Shown piece after piece: positions 8,659-18,390 of a DNA stretch of 64,000 bases. The notes under the pieces were generated by a model. The model saw only the letters and a list, made by a program, of their open reading frames with translations. It made no database searches and was not told the DNA's origin. This stretch comes from an uncultured Thermodesulfobacteriota bacterium (lineage in GTDB: Bacteria > Desulfobacterota > BSN033 > WVXP01), in contig CAYFYO010000001.1 in assembly GCA_964347335.1 (NCBI GenBank), positions 2,090 through 66,089 of the forward strand. The letters run 5' to 3'. Numbering within the stretch: the first letter of the stretch is position 1; each line of letters begins with the position of its first letter. The position numbers and the translations under genes are program-made.

Positions 8659-10001
8659 CCGCTCCATCCGAGTCTCCTGAGCGCGCGCAAAAGGTAATGT
8701 TTCACATACCAATCCTCTTTTCCCCTGAGCCGGGATTCGAGGAATGGAACCACGCTCCTCTCTCCCAGCACGGAAAGAGCAAATATAGCCTTGCAGCGCA
8801 CAATGGAAACGGGGTCCCGACGCGCTGCCGTTGCCAGTATCTCTCTGTTTTCCATCGAGGGGAGATGAGCGAGAGCCGTTGCTGCCCACAAACGGACCGC
8901 CGGATTATCACTTTCCAAATACCTGATGAAGGCCTTTCTCGTCTCTTCATCCCGTGTCTTTTTCTCAGATATGACCCAGTTGCGAATTTCGTCGACATTT
9001 TCAGCGGGGAAACCCTTTTCAGACTCCGCAGCATTCCTTGAAAGGAGGTTGTAAATCAAAAGGCCAGAAAGAGACGCAACACACACGATCAAAATGATCC
9101 TCGAATACGTGGAGACCATAACGAGGCGGTCCAACGCGAATAACACGAAGAGGGTAATGGCCAGTGGAGAAGCGATGAAAATGGAATAGAAGATCGTTCT
9201 CCTTAGCCTACGGATGCTTTTCCCTCCAGTCCATTTCTCGACGGCCTTCATAATCTCGGGGCCTGTGCTGAGGTTTCCGGGAAGGGTCAGATCTGCCGAC
9301 TCCTGGGTTGAAACAGCGTAGATGCCTCTCTTGAGAAGCCATGATTTCTCGTCCTGTTTCACAGGGATCTCCGTCCAAATCGTGACCTGGGTTCGTTCCC
9401 TGGGAGGGGTGATCAGCTCCGCCGTTATCGGGGAATATTGGTAGTAGAAGGCGACCACCTTTTCCCCCAAGGATTTCTGGAGCATATAATCCCGAACTTC
9501 GAAGAAAGCCTGTTGCCGGAAAAGCAGGAGAACCATGACGAGAGGGACGAGGGCGAAAAGCGCCACCTTGTGAAATGAAACGTGAGGGATGCTTACGACG
9601 AGATGGACAAATCCGAAAAAGCCGAAAAAAAGGAGTAGTTCTAGAGGAGAAAATCCCAAAAGGAGAGAAAACGAGGCTGAAACGAAAACAGCCCATCCCA
9701 AACGAATTGGCTTTGAAAGCCTAAGACGGTCCAGACAGAAAGATCCAGCAAATGCAACAACGCCGAATGTGAAACCGAGTGTGAATGTAAAGAAAATCCC
9801 TGCCTTCGCGAGTGAACCCACTTGGATATAGTTCCACATCTCACCGGCCAGGGGAACCGGAACGTACCCAGAGGCGGCCAGGGCTTCCAGTTTTGCCATA
9901 AACGCCAGGCTAAAGCTTCTCAATCGGAAGTAAGCCCAGATTTGGGTGATCAGAAAGGCGAGGATCTGGATGACAAGAAAAGGTCGGAGATACATCGGCA
10001 T
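8655..10001 (-). CDS. polytopic membrane protein with C-terminal HEAT/PBS-lyase repeat domain
   Basis: Nine or more hydrophobic segments are followed by HEAT-like repeats (DNPAVRLWAATALAHL, DPVSIVRCKAIFALSVLG, DWYVKHYLLRALRRLG). It starts 30 nt after the oxidoreductase stop. Confidence 0.65.
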   Translation of the reverse strand: MPMYLRPFLVIQILAFLITQIWAYFRLRSFSLAFMAKLEALAASGYVPVPLAGEMWNYIQVGSLAKAGIFFTFTLGFTFGVVAFAGSFCLDRLRLSKPIRLGWAVFVSASFSLLLGFSPLELLLFFGFFGFVHLVVSIPHVSFHKVALFALVPLVMVLLLFRQQAFFEVRDYMLQKSLGEKVVAFYYQYSPITAELITPPRERTQVTIWTEIPVKQDEKSWLLKRGIYAVSTQESADLTLPGNLSTGPEIMKAVEKWTGGKSIRRLRRTIFYSIFIASPLAITLFVLFALDRLVMVSTYSRIILIVCVASLSGLLIYNLLSRNAAESEKGFPAENVDEIRNWVISEKKTRDEETRKAFIRYLESDNPAVRLWAATALAHLPSMENREILATAARRDPVSIVRCKAIFALSVLGERSVVPFLESRLRGKEDWYVKHYLLRALRRLGWSG

Positions 10002-10031
10002 CCCGAGAGTGCAAGAGGTGTACCAGAGGAT

Positions 10032-11951
10032 TCAGCGCCTTTCCACTCTCACACCTTGGCCGTAAAAGGCAATCCCATCGGGGCGATCCGTGAATCTTCC
10101 CTCGACTAGCCGGTTGCTGCCCCAACCGTACTTCAACCATGGCCCGCGGCCCACGATGACCGCCGAGGGATGGAGTCCCTTTTCGGCTTTGAGTTGAACC
10201 GGCATCTCCCCAAGGGGCGAGATGATGACTCCCAGCTCTCCCGCCTTAAGTCCCAAATTCCGAAGTGTTGATGGGGCCAAGAAAGCCTCGGGTGTCAGGG
10301 ATTCATGCTCTTCGGGCAGGATCTGGGAGTGGATGAATTCCTTTCTAATGAGCGTCAAAAAGGTCAGTGGATAGTCCGGATCGACCGATTCATCTGGTGA
10401 AATCTCTGTCAAAAAACGAAATCTTCCGTCTCTGTGGTCGAAACGCCCTCCCTCGAAGGCAACGGTGGGACGGTCCGCCTGTGCGGTCCCGTGCTTTCGG
10501 AGTCCTTCGAGGGTAGTATCGAGAAAAGCGCTTTCCAGGCTTCGACGGAGATAGCTCTCCCGTTCCTCGAGATCGATCGGTGGTTTCAGCCGACGTCCGA
10601 TTTCCGCGACGATCTCGAAGTCGCTTTTTGCACCCTCCGGTGGGGGAACGACAGCCCCAGAATAGTTCACGAAGTGGTGGCCCCATGATCCGACGACGTC
10701 TTCCTCCTCGAACATCATCGTGCAGGGCAGAACGAGATCGGCAGCCTCTGCCGTATCCGTCATGAAGGGATCGGCGACGGCAACGAAGGGTGTCTTTTTC
10801 AAGGCCTGTAAAAGGACCGAGGATTCCGGTGTCTGATTGACAGGATTCCACATGGAAATCCAGACCATGTGAATCGGGGGATCCGATGCCTCAAGAATCG
10901 ATCGGCCAATATGAGCAACTGGAACGGTCCTCGTGTACCTCTCCTCTCCCACCCACTCGAGGTTGAGGTTTTGTCGGGAGGAGACGCTATAGTAGGCTCC
11001 GCCTCCTTGGCGCCCGATGTTCCCGGTAATGAAGGCTAACGCGTTGATGGTTCGGACGCTTTCTGCCCCGTGAGGATACCGCTGTAAGCCGTTACTCAGG
11101 ATGGTGGCACAGGGATGGTGCTGATGGTAGAACTCCGCAAGAGCCTCAATATCCCGGATGGAAGCATCGCAGCTTTGGGAGAGGTCAGCGAGGGAATACC
11201 TGTCGAGAAGGACGGTGAATTGATCGAGGTTGTAGGCCTTCTCTTCAATTCGGGGAGAAATCCCATGCCCTTTGACGGTCTCCTTCGCGGCGGCGATAGC
11301 CAAAAATCGGTCCGTGCCCGGGCGAATGCGAATTGTGCGGTCTGCGAATCCTCTATTCTCCTCTGCTCGAGGGGAGATGGAGATGACGGCTGTTCCGCGT
11401 CTTCTAGCCTGAGCCACGAGCCCCCCCGTATGGACCGAGCTGACCCCGAGCTTTTTGCCCCAGACCACAATTCCTTTGGCGTTCAGCAGATCTTTGGGAT
11501 CATTCATTCGTAGGGCGTCAAAATCCTCTATGCAGGCTTCTATGCCAGTGCTATCGCAGACTCCTTCAGGAAGGATCCGGCTTGCGCCAAGGTTAGCAAA
11601 GAAGGCATCCTCGACGAGCTTACTGACCCCCTTGGCGGCTCCTCCTCTGAGATGAAGGATCGAGCCGGGTTCTCGGCGTAACGTGTCAATCCTTTCGGCA
11701 CAGAGGGAAAGCGCCTCATCCCAAGAGATCTCTCGCCACCGTTCCCCCTTTCTGAGGAGAGGCCTTTTGAGCCGACTCGGGGAGGTGAGCCTTTTGGGGA
11801 GCCGTTGGATCTTTCCACAGCAGTAGCCGCTCGTATAGGGATGATCGGGGTTTCCCCGTATCCTGGTGATTCTATCGTTCTCTTTTTCGACCAGCACGGA
11901 GCAGGCATCGGGGCAGTCGAGTGTGCAGGCGGATAGGTAGGTTTCTCTCAT
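10032..11951 (-). CDS. molybdopterin-dependent oxidoreductase (MopB superfamily), cytoplasmic, substrate unknown
   Basis: An N-terminal Cys cluster (CTLDCPDAC...C) typical of the Fe4S4 domain of bis-MGD enzymes is followed by molybdopterin-binding domains. There is no Tat signal. A GTG start at 11966 is also possible. Confidence 0.8.
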   Translation of the reverse strand: MRETYLSACTLDCPDACSVLVEKENDRITRIRGNPDHPYTSGYCCGKIQRLPKRLTSPSRLKRPLLRKGERWREISWDEALSLCAERIDTLRREPGSILHLRGGAAKGVSKLVEDAFFANLGASRILPEGVCDSTGIEACIEDFDALRMNDPKDLLNAKGIVVWGKKLGVSSVHTGGLVAQARRRGTAVISISPRAEENRGFADRTIRIRPGTDRFLAIAAAKETVKGHGISPRIEEKAYNLDQFTVLLDRYSLADLSQSCDASIRDIEALAEFYHQHHPCATILSNGLQRYPHGAESVRTINALAFITGNIGRQGGGAYYSVSSRQNLNLEWVGEERYTRTVPVAHIGRSILEASDPPIHMVWISMWNPVNQTPESSVLLQALKKTPFVAVADPFMTDTAEAADLVLPCTMMFEEEDVVGSWGHHFVNYSGAVVPPPEGAKSDFEIVAEIGRRLKPPIDLEERESYLRRSLESAFLDTTLEGLRKHGTAQADRPTVAFEGGRFDHRDGRFRFLTEISPDESVDPDYPLTFLTLIRKEFIHSQILPEEHESLTPEAFLAPSTLRNLGLKAGELGVIISPLGEMPVQLKAEKGLHPSAVIVGRGPWLKYGWGSNRLVEGRFTDRPDGIAFYGQGVRVERR

Positions 11952-12282
11952 ATGGACTCTTCTCACGGATGTGTCTCAAGAGTGCTCTTGCTTTTTCAGA
12001 AGATTTTTTGTTAAATCTAACCTTGCTTATTTCGTCCTTTCAATACTGTGGGTTCGTGCTCGTGTAGCCCACCAGTTTATGACACGAAGGGAAGTGTTTT
12101 TGCCGAGTTCGGATCACAACCTTTCGGCCGATAACGGCGCCCCCGCCCCATTCACGCGGCCCGGTTATTCCCGCAGCGGCATTATATCAGCTAGAAGATG
12201 GTTTTAAAATGAGCAATTCTCGTTTCGATCCATCCTGGTGGGGGTAGCCCTTCGGTGATAACAGTCGGGGAGTAGAGTCGTT

Positions 12283-15200
12283 TTGAAAAAAAGGTCTTCC
12301 GCGCTTCTTCTCATCGGCTTCGTGGTGGTCGTGATTTTGGGAATCGGTGTGGCCTACGTCCGTTTCTACCTCGGAGCCAGGTTGGCCGAGGAGGCACTCA
12401 AAACGGCGATTCAGTCGGGTCTCGGTGGGAGGGCGACCATTTCGCGGACCGTGATTCATTGGTTGGGTCGTCCTGGAATTGAGTACCGAGGGCTCTCCAT
12501 TCGGGGTGACGACGAGGAGGCCGGCTGGCTCACGGTTAAACGGATGATCGTTAGACCCGAGCTCGGGAGTATCTTTTCAAAATCCATCGAGTGGAAAAGC
12601 CTCGAACTTGAGGGCCTGGTGGGACGGTTTACCGGAGGGGTGGGGTCGTTTCCCATGGAGTACCTGGTTTCGATGCTTCCGAGGGTCGATTGGTTCGAGG
12701 TCAGAGGGGGGACGCTTGCATGGGGTGAGAGGGAAATCCGAGACCTCTTTGTCTCTCTTGGCAATCTCTCAACGGCGGGACCATTTCCGGTGGTGCTGAA
12801 GGGAGCCCTGAAGACGAAAAAGGGTCCTCCCGCGAGGGTTTCGGTTCATGGACTGGCTCATGGATCCTCTGAGGAATGGGCCCCGTGGGACCTCAAACTC
12901 TCGGCCAAAGTCAAGGCAAAAGGTCTCGATCCGACGTGGCTCGGTGACCTATTGGCCCGATCCATTCCATCACAACTCGCTGGCAGCAGCCTGACGATCG
13001 CGGCGGCATTTGAAGGATACCTGAGAGGTCGGTTTCACTCATCGGGGAGGGTGACCATCGCGGGTGTTCGTTTCTTGGAGGGAATGGACAGGGTGAATGT
13101 CGATTTTGCGTTCAGCTGGGATGGCCAAAAACTGGAGTTCCAGAGGATTCGCCTCCAGACCCCGTCCATGCCTCTGGAGGGACGGGGCGTCATTCGTGGG
13201 AGACGGGGAGACGATCCGGTGATCTCTTTTCGAGTTGACTGCCCATGGGTATCGATCAGAGGACAGAAAAGCGTGTTTCCCTTTCTTCCTGAGAAGGTCC
13301 GTTCCTTCTTGAAATCCATCAACCAGGGAGAAATCACCCTCATGTCAATGGGCTTCACGGGCCCTCTGAAGAGCTTCGGATTTCCTCAAGACGAAGAGTC
13401 GCTTCTCCGATGGGGGGGGAAGATCGGTTTCAGGAATGTGGTTTTTCCATGGAGGGGGGAGACCCTTGAATTAAGAAGGGGTTTACTGAATATAGACCAA
13501 GGCCGTCTTGGGGGGGAAGCCCTCGGTCTGCGTCTCGGCGATTCAGAGTTGGAGATTTCTCCCTTAACGCTCGCGCGACCTTTCGGCGATCAGTCGATCG
13601 AAATGACCCTGAAGGGCGAAGTGAACCTCCCGGACATTTCAAAATGGATTTCCACGGGCTTCATTCCGGAAAAATTGGCGCTTCCCCTTTCGGAGATTGA
13701 GGTTCAGTCGGGCACGGGGGAGGTTGATATTCGATTTGAGAAACGGCGTGGACTTCCGATCTCGTCTGCCCTCACTGGGAGTATGTTCCTTAGGGATGCG
13801 GCCATCCGAATCCACCACATTCCCGGGACTTTTGAGAAAATGAATGGGCTGGTAGAGCTATTCTCCACGGGCATTTCAGTTCGTGACGTTCAGGGCAGGT
13901 GGCGGAATTCGACCGTGAGGGCGAATGGCTCGGTGGCTATCCGTTCTTCAGATCATTCAGAGATTGACTTTTTGATGGAAGGCCGACTCGACCTGAGAAA
14001 CCTTCGTGAAATTGAGTCATGGAGGTTGCTGCCTGTTGATATACGTAAGGTTCTCCAGGAGGTCAACTCCCCCGCAGGGAGCGGAGACTATGTTGTGGCG
14101 GTAAAAGGCCGAGTCGGGTCGGGTGATGACATTGAAGTCAGTGGAGAGCTATCGGTGAGGAAAGGGTCCTTTCGACTTTGGGACGCCTACCCTGTGGAAC
14201 GGGTTGACGGCCAGATTTTCTTCTCGAGAGAGAGGATTTCGATCCCTCATTTGCAGGGAAACTGGAAGAATTCGGATCTGGCGTTGCGGGCAGCTTTGAC
14301 GCGGCCCGGGGCGAAGTTCTTCAGGGACTTACGCTTCTCGGGGGTCTTCGATCTTCGAGACATCGCAGCAGAGCGTTTCGAGCGCGGGTCTCCAAGGACG
14401 TGGAGAAAATTCCTCAAACCTTTCGAGTTCTATCGCGGAAAGGCGCTTGTTGAGGTGAACAACCAGAAGCGCCATGACGGGGCCTCCGTCGATGGCCACA
14501 TCACCTTTAAGGAGGCCGAGGTTCGTCATGTGCCTGTTTTCCCTCCCCTCACCGACGTCGAGGGGAGGGTCTCCTTTCACGGAAAGGGTATTGAGACTGT
14601 CGATGTTGAGGGAAAGTTCGATTCGAGTCTCATTCGGATTCGGGGCGATCTGGCTCCGGCGTCCGGAGATTCCCAGCCTTTCCTCTCCATTCAGGCGGAG
14701 CGCGTCGACTTTGAGAAGGTGATGTCCTGGCCTTGGACAAGCGGTTATTCCTTCGGCCGGAAGAGTCGACCCCCGCTGGCGGTTCGGGTTCGGGTCGACA
14801 ATGGGGGCTTCAGGGAGATTCCGTTCTCTGATGTCCAGGCGAGACTAAAGTTAAAGGGTGATCGGATCTCTTTTGAGGAAGTGACTTTCATCTCAACCCA
14901 GGGTCAGGGTTTAATCAGGGGATGGCTCGGTCTTGGGAATGACGGTAAAGTATCCTTCGAATTTCGACCGTATTTTCTCAAGGTCGAGACAAATCCGATT
15001 GTGAGAAGCTTTCAAAGTGGAGAGGGCGAGCAAGAGTTAAGCGGGTTATGTTCTGCCCTTGGCGTCATACGGGGAGGTGGGAACAAGGCTGAGGAGATTG
15101 TCCGATCCCTGAATGGAGAGATTGGTATCTTTCTGGAGGGGGGAAGGATCGGACAATTCGGCGTCTTGGCACAGGTATTCTCCCTTCTCAACCCCTCTCA

Positions 15201-15663
15201 GCGTGATGGGGACGATTCTCCAGATCCAAAGACAGGGGGATTGACTTATGGGACCATTATGGGAAAGGTCACCCTCAGGGAAGGTCGGGCCTCGACCAGC
15301 GATCTTTTACTCGACAGTGATTCCATAAGAATTTCGGCAGTGGGAGACTTTGAGATCCCCTCCGGCGGTCTGGATCTGCGGCTTGGACTTCGCCGAGTCG
15401 GTGCTCGGGGGAAGGTCATCAGAACAGTTCCTGTCTTTGGAAAAATTGTGACCACCGATCGGGGGAGTTTCATCCATTACTACCTCGAGGTGAAAGGCAC
15501 GATCGCTGAGCCAGAAGTGAAAGGGATTCCGTATCTGTCGCTTTCTGACGGCGTTTCTGGACTCATACACGAGCTGCTAGAGACGCCGAGAAAGGTGGTT
15601 CCCTTTCAAAGACAGCCGGATTTAGAAGAATATTTCGACCAGAGAAAGCATCCCCACCCCTAG
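12283..15663 (+). CDS. AsmA/TamB-like large envelope protein (N-terminal TM anchor, 1126 aa)
   Basis: A single N-terminal TM helix (LLLIGFVVVVILGIGVAYV) is followed by a long beta-rich, Gly/Arg-rich region characteristic of the AsmA family. Confidence 0.65.
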   Translation: MKKRSSALLLIGFVVVVILGIGVAYVRFYLGARLAEEALKTAIQSGLGGRATISRTVIHWLGRPGIEYRGLSIRGDDEEAGWLTVKRMIVRPELGSIFSKSIEWKSLELEGLVGRFTGGVGSFPMEYLVSMLPRVDWFEVRGGTLAWGEREIRDLFVSLGNLSTAGPFPVVLKGALKTKKGPPARVSVHGLAHGSSEEWAPWDLKLSAKVKAKGLDPTWLGDLLARSIPSQLAGSSLTIAAAFEGYLRGRFHSSGRVTIAGVRFLEGMDRVNVDFAFSWDGQKLEFQRIRLQTPSMPLEGRGVIRGRRGDDPVISFRVDCPWVSIRGQKSVFPFLPEKVRSFLKSINQGEITLMSMGFTGPLKSFGFPQDEESLLRWGGKIGFRNVVFPWRGETLELRRGLLNIDQGRLGGEALGLRLGDSELEISPLTLARPFGDQSIEMTLKGEVNLPDISKWISTGFIPEKLALPLSEIEVQSGTGEVDIRFEKRRGLPISSALTGSMFLRDAAIRIHHIPGTFEKMNGLVELFSTGISVRDVQGRWRNSTVRANGSVAIRSSDHSEIDFLMEGRLDLRNLREIESWRLLPVDIRKVLQEVNSPAGSGDYVVAVKGRVGSGDDIEVSGELSVRKGSFRLWDAYPVERVDGQIFFSRERISIPHLQGNWKNSDLALRAALTRPGAKFFRDLRFSGVFDLRDIAAERFERGSPRTWRKFLKPFEFYRGKALVEVNNQKRHDGASVDGHITFKEAEVRHVPVFPPLTDVEGRVSFHGKGIETVDVEGKFDSSLIRIRGDLAPASGDSQPFLSIQAERVDFEKVMSWPWTSGYSFGRKSRPPLAVRVRVDNGGFREIPFSDVQARLKLKGDRISFEEVTFISTQGQGLIRGWLGLGNDGKVSFEFRPYFLKVETNPIVRSFQSGEGEQELSGLCSALGVIRGGGNKAEEIVRSLNGEIGIFLEGGRIGQFGVLAQVFSLLNPSQRDGDDSPDPKTGGLTYGTIMGKVTLREGRASTSDLLLDSDSIRISAVGDFEIPSGGLDLRLGLRRVGARGKVIRTVPVFGKIVTTDRGSFIHYYLEVKGTIAEPEVKGIPYLSLSDGVSGLIHELLETPRKVVPFQRQPDLEEYFDQRKHPHP

Positions 15664-15949
15664 CCTCCATGATTCACGACTCTTTAGTATTCATGAATTC
15701 AGATCCGTAAGAAATTGAAAATCGCTGTAGTCGGTTTCGGCGGCGTGCTTTCGACCCGCTCAGGGCCACTCGAGCCCACAGCGTTCCCAAGAGGTGGTTT
15801 TGACGCTGGCCTGATTTTTTGAGAGGAAGAATCAGGCGACCCACTGAGCCCCTTCGGGGGCCATGCAATAGAGCGTTCACAACAAATCGCGTGGTGGGAC
15901 CCAATCAATTGATACGTGTGAAGCGTCGATGCTTTTGACCCGAATCGGA

Positions 15950-16030
15950 CGCTCGGCGATTCAGGTCAAAACTCAGAGATCTCAGTGTGCTCTGCGAAAG
16001 ATGGAGACGGACTTCACGCGCTTGCACTCG
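15950..16030. repeat. intergenic repeat copy A (~80 bp), paired with 27371-27442
   Basis: The sequence cgctcGgcgattcaggtcaaAactcagagatctc... ...gacttcacgCgcTtgcaCtCg aligns to copy B at about 85% identity with one 6-8 nt indel. It contains a GAGATCTC palindrome. Confidence 0.6.
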
Positions 16031-16158
16031 TTCTGAGGGGAGGGCTGAAAAGGCCGTGGTCGCAATCCTTCGACAAGCTCGAGACCCTTCCTCAAAGGAT
16101 CGCCAGGAGTTGGAAACCAGCGTTCCTCCCCCGCGACAATAGAAAGGATCATGGTTGC

Positions 16159-17502
16159 TCAAGGAGTGCGGAGCTCAACAATCTCACTCGTGCGAGGGTT
16201 TTTGCAAAAAGACTCCTTTGTGCGGTTAAAATAGCCGAGGAGGAGATGGGGAAAGGCCTCTCGGAGAAGCCTGAGCATATTCGAAATCCCGATCCCTGGA
16301 GTCTTCAAATCCCCGAGTTCATTGAGGTACCAATCTGGATCGATATTGAGGTTCCTCATCTGAATCATGTCGACCCCTGTCTGGCCAACCATCTGAACCA
16401 GGGACTCGATTTCACGTTTCTGGTCGGTAAATCCCGGGAAAACGAGGAGGTTAAGGGATACAGCGATTTTCCTCTTCTTGGCTCGCCGAATTGATTCGAG
16501 GACGTCCTCGAACCGATACCCCTCTGGTTGATGGTACCGCTCGTAGTACTTCGGCCTGGCGCTCGCGAGAGTGATTCGCAGGGCGTCCAAGCCTGCTGCG
16601 GCAAGTCGGTCTACGACCTTGGGAAGGCTCCCGTTAGTGTTGACATTGATGGTGCCCTTGAAGGTCTTTCTTCGAAGCGTTACGATCGTCTTTTCCAAGA
16701 GTTGATCCTGCAAAAGGGGCTCACCCTCGCAGCCCTGCCCAAAACTAACGATCGCCCCCTCAGCCCTGCTCATGTGAGGCAGTGCCACCTCGACGATCTC
16801 CTGTACGGTGGGAACAAAAGAGATCCTGAGGTGAGAGGCCTTGCAACCCTTCAAGGGCTGAGCAGATAAGCATCCGAGACACTTGGCGTTGCAACCGGGC
16901 GAAGTGGGAACGGGGATCTCCCACCGTCCATAGAACACGTTTTTCGCTGCGAAACAATGGTAGCTGAGGGCACAATGAGAGAGTTGCTTGAGGAGACGAT
17001 TGCGGGGATAGCGGTGCACAAGTTCTTGAACCCGAACCGCGAGTTGCTCATCGTTTTTGAAGAATCTCGGATGCCAATGGGGGTTGGCATCGAGAGAAAT
17101 CCCTGAAACCCAGAAATCGCCATCTCTGAATCCTACAGCCCCGTAAGCCCAGAGCGGGAGAATAGGGTGTTTCGTCTTCAGATGCGTGGCTGGCAGCAAA
17201 CATCTTAAGTAGCCAGGGGCCAAAAAGGCCGCCACGGCGGTGCATTCCAACTTACGGCCGTCGATGACCGCCTCCTTTACGGTCACGAAATTCTTCGATT
17301 CGGGATCCCATCCCACGGGATAACGGCCAGGTAGGGTGAAGAGTTGGCTTCCCTCGGGCAGTGGCGTCAGGCTGTCTGCATCGCCCGGCCGGTTCTCTCG
17401 TGCGGACTGAGCAGCCATGTGCAGGCTCGGATGGTCGAAAATCTGACCTTCTGGATCCGCGAAAATCATCCTGGGAAGGGGAGTACCGACTTGGGAGTGC
17501 AC
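16159..17502 (-). CDS. radical SAM domain protein with ~200-aa N-terminal domain of unknown function
   Basis: A CNAKCLGC (Cx3Cx2C) motif lies near residue 205 and is followed by a TIM-barrel-like radical SAM core. The N-terminal domain is unassigned. Confidence 0.65.
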   Translation of the reverse strand: MHSQVGTPLPRMIFADPEGQIFDHPSLHMAAQSARENRPGDADSLTPLPEGSQLFTLPGRYPVGWDPESKNFVTVKEAVIDGRKLECTAVAAFLAPGYLRCLLPATHLKTKHPILPLWAYGAVGFRDGDFWVSGISLDANPHWHPRFFKNDEQLAVRVQELVHRYPRNRLLKQLSHCALSYHCFAAKNVFYGRWEIPVPTSPGCNAKCLGCLSAQPLKGCKASHLRISFVPTVQEIVEVALPHMSRAEGAIVSFGQGCEGEPLLQDQLLEKTIVTLRRKTFKGTINVNTNGSLPKVVDRLAAAGLDALRITLASARPKYYERYHQPEGYRFEDVLESIRRAKKRKIAVSLNLLVFPGFTDQKREIESLVQMVGQTGVDMIQMRNLNIDPDWYLNELGDLKTPGIGISNMLRLLREAFPHLLLGYFNRTKESFCKNPRTSEIVELRTP

Positions 17503-17555
17503 CGCTTTTGCTCTCCTCCGACTCGGGGTATGCCCCGACTGGTACTTGGATGTCC

Positions 17556-18368
17556 TCAGTGGTTGAGGCTCCAGTCATATGGCTTGTATCGAATTCTGAT
17601 CCAGTTTGAGTTGTTTCTGAGGAACTCCTTTTTCTCCCCGTCATCGAGGTATCGGATGAGAAACTCCATCAGATCGTCCTGGGTTCCGAAATCGGCCCGA
17701 TACCATTTGAATATCTGAGAAATTCGTAACACCCTCCCCTGAGGAACGATTTCAACCTCTTGGGAGTTGACAAAGCTTTGGGCCGCCAGTTCAAGCTGTG
17801 TGTCGATTTCATCAGCCGAGTAGAAACCAATGGGAGGGCATGACTGGGAGCCACAGACCAAAGTGAAATGAATTCGATTGTCCATTGGCGAGACGATGAA
17901 GTCACACCGCGGATCGTTACCGGAGAAGGCCCTCCAAGGTCGATAGGGAATTCTTCTGTTTTCACGAAGAATTCCGTGTTCAATGTCGTTCAGGGAGAAA
18001 AGGTAGCCCCCGATATCGTATCTGACGCGAGTAAAGAACCCGCGCTTCTCCTTGACTGAGTCCTTGATTCTCAATTCCACGACTCCATGGACGACCATGG
18101 TGTTGTAAAGATTGATCCAAAAGGCCAGCCGCTGCTTTCGCTCTTCGAGAGATTTCAAATCATACTTTTTCAGAAGGCCAGCCAGTCTCACATAACGGTT
18201 GAACTGGGCAGTCCCTCGCATGGCAGCGTATCGGATTCTTCCTTTTTCGAGATCGAAAAAGGCGGCCTGAAGGTCACCGATTCCCTTTCTGAGAGCGATG
18301 TCGATGGGTTCACTCGGCTCCCTCCCTGAAGCGGCCTCTGAGTTAAGGACAATATCTCTTAATGCCAT
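17556..18368 (-). CDS. DUF547 family protein
   Basis: It has the AFWINLYN and HFTLVCGSQSCP motifs typical of DUF547. Confidence 0.6.
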   Translation of the reverse strand: MALRDIVLNSEAASGREPSEPIDIALRKGIGDLQAAFFDLEKGRIRYAAMRGTAQFNRYVRLAGLLKKYDLKSLEERKQRLAFWINLYNTMVVHGVVELRIKDSVKEKRGFFTRVRYDIGGYLFSLNDIEHGILRENRRIPYRPWRAFSGNDPRCDFIVSPMDNRIHFTLVCGSQSCPPIGFYSADEIDTQLELAAQSFVNSQEVEIVPQGRVLRISQIFKWYRADFGTQDDLMEFLIRYLDDGEKKEFLRNNSNWIRIRYKPYDWSLNH

Positions 18369-18390
18369 AGGAACGCTCGGGTTCCCCTGC

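Noticed and set aside
10390-11908. Arg/Pro-rich ORFs nested in the molybdopterin oxidoreductase gene
   Set aside because: These are typical GC-rich out-of-frame artefacts.
12187-12459. 90-aa minus-strand ORF overlapping the AsmA-like start
   Set aside because: It has no SD, overlaps a strongly supported gene start, and is His/Asp-rich low-complexity.
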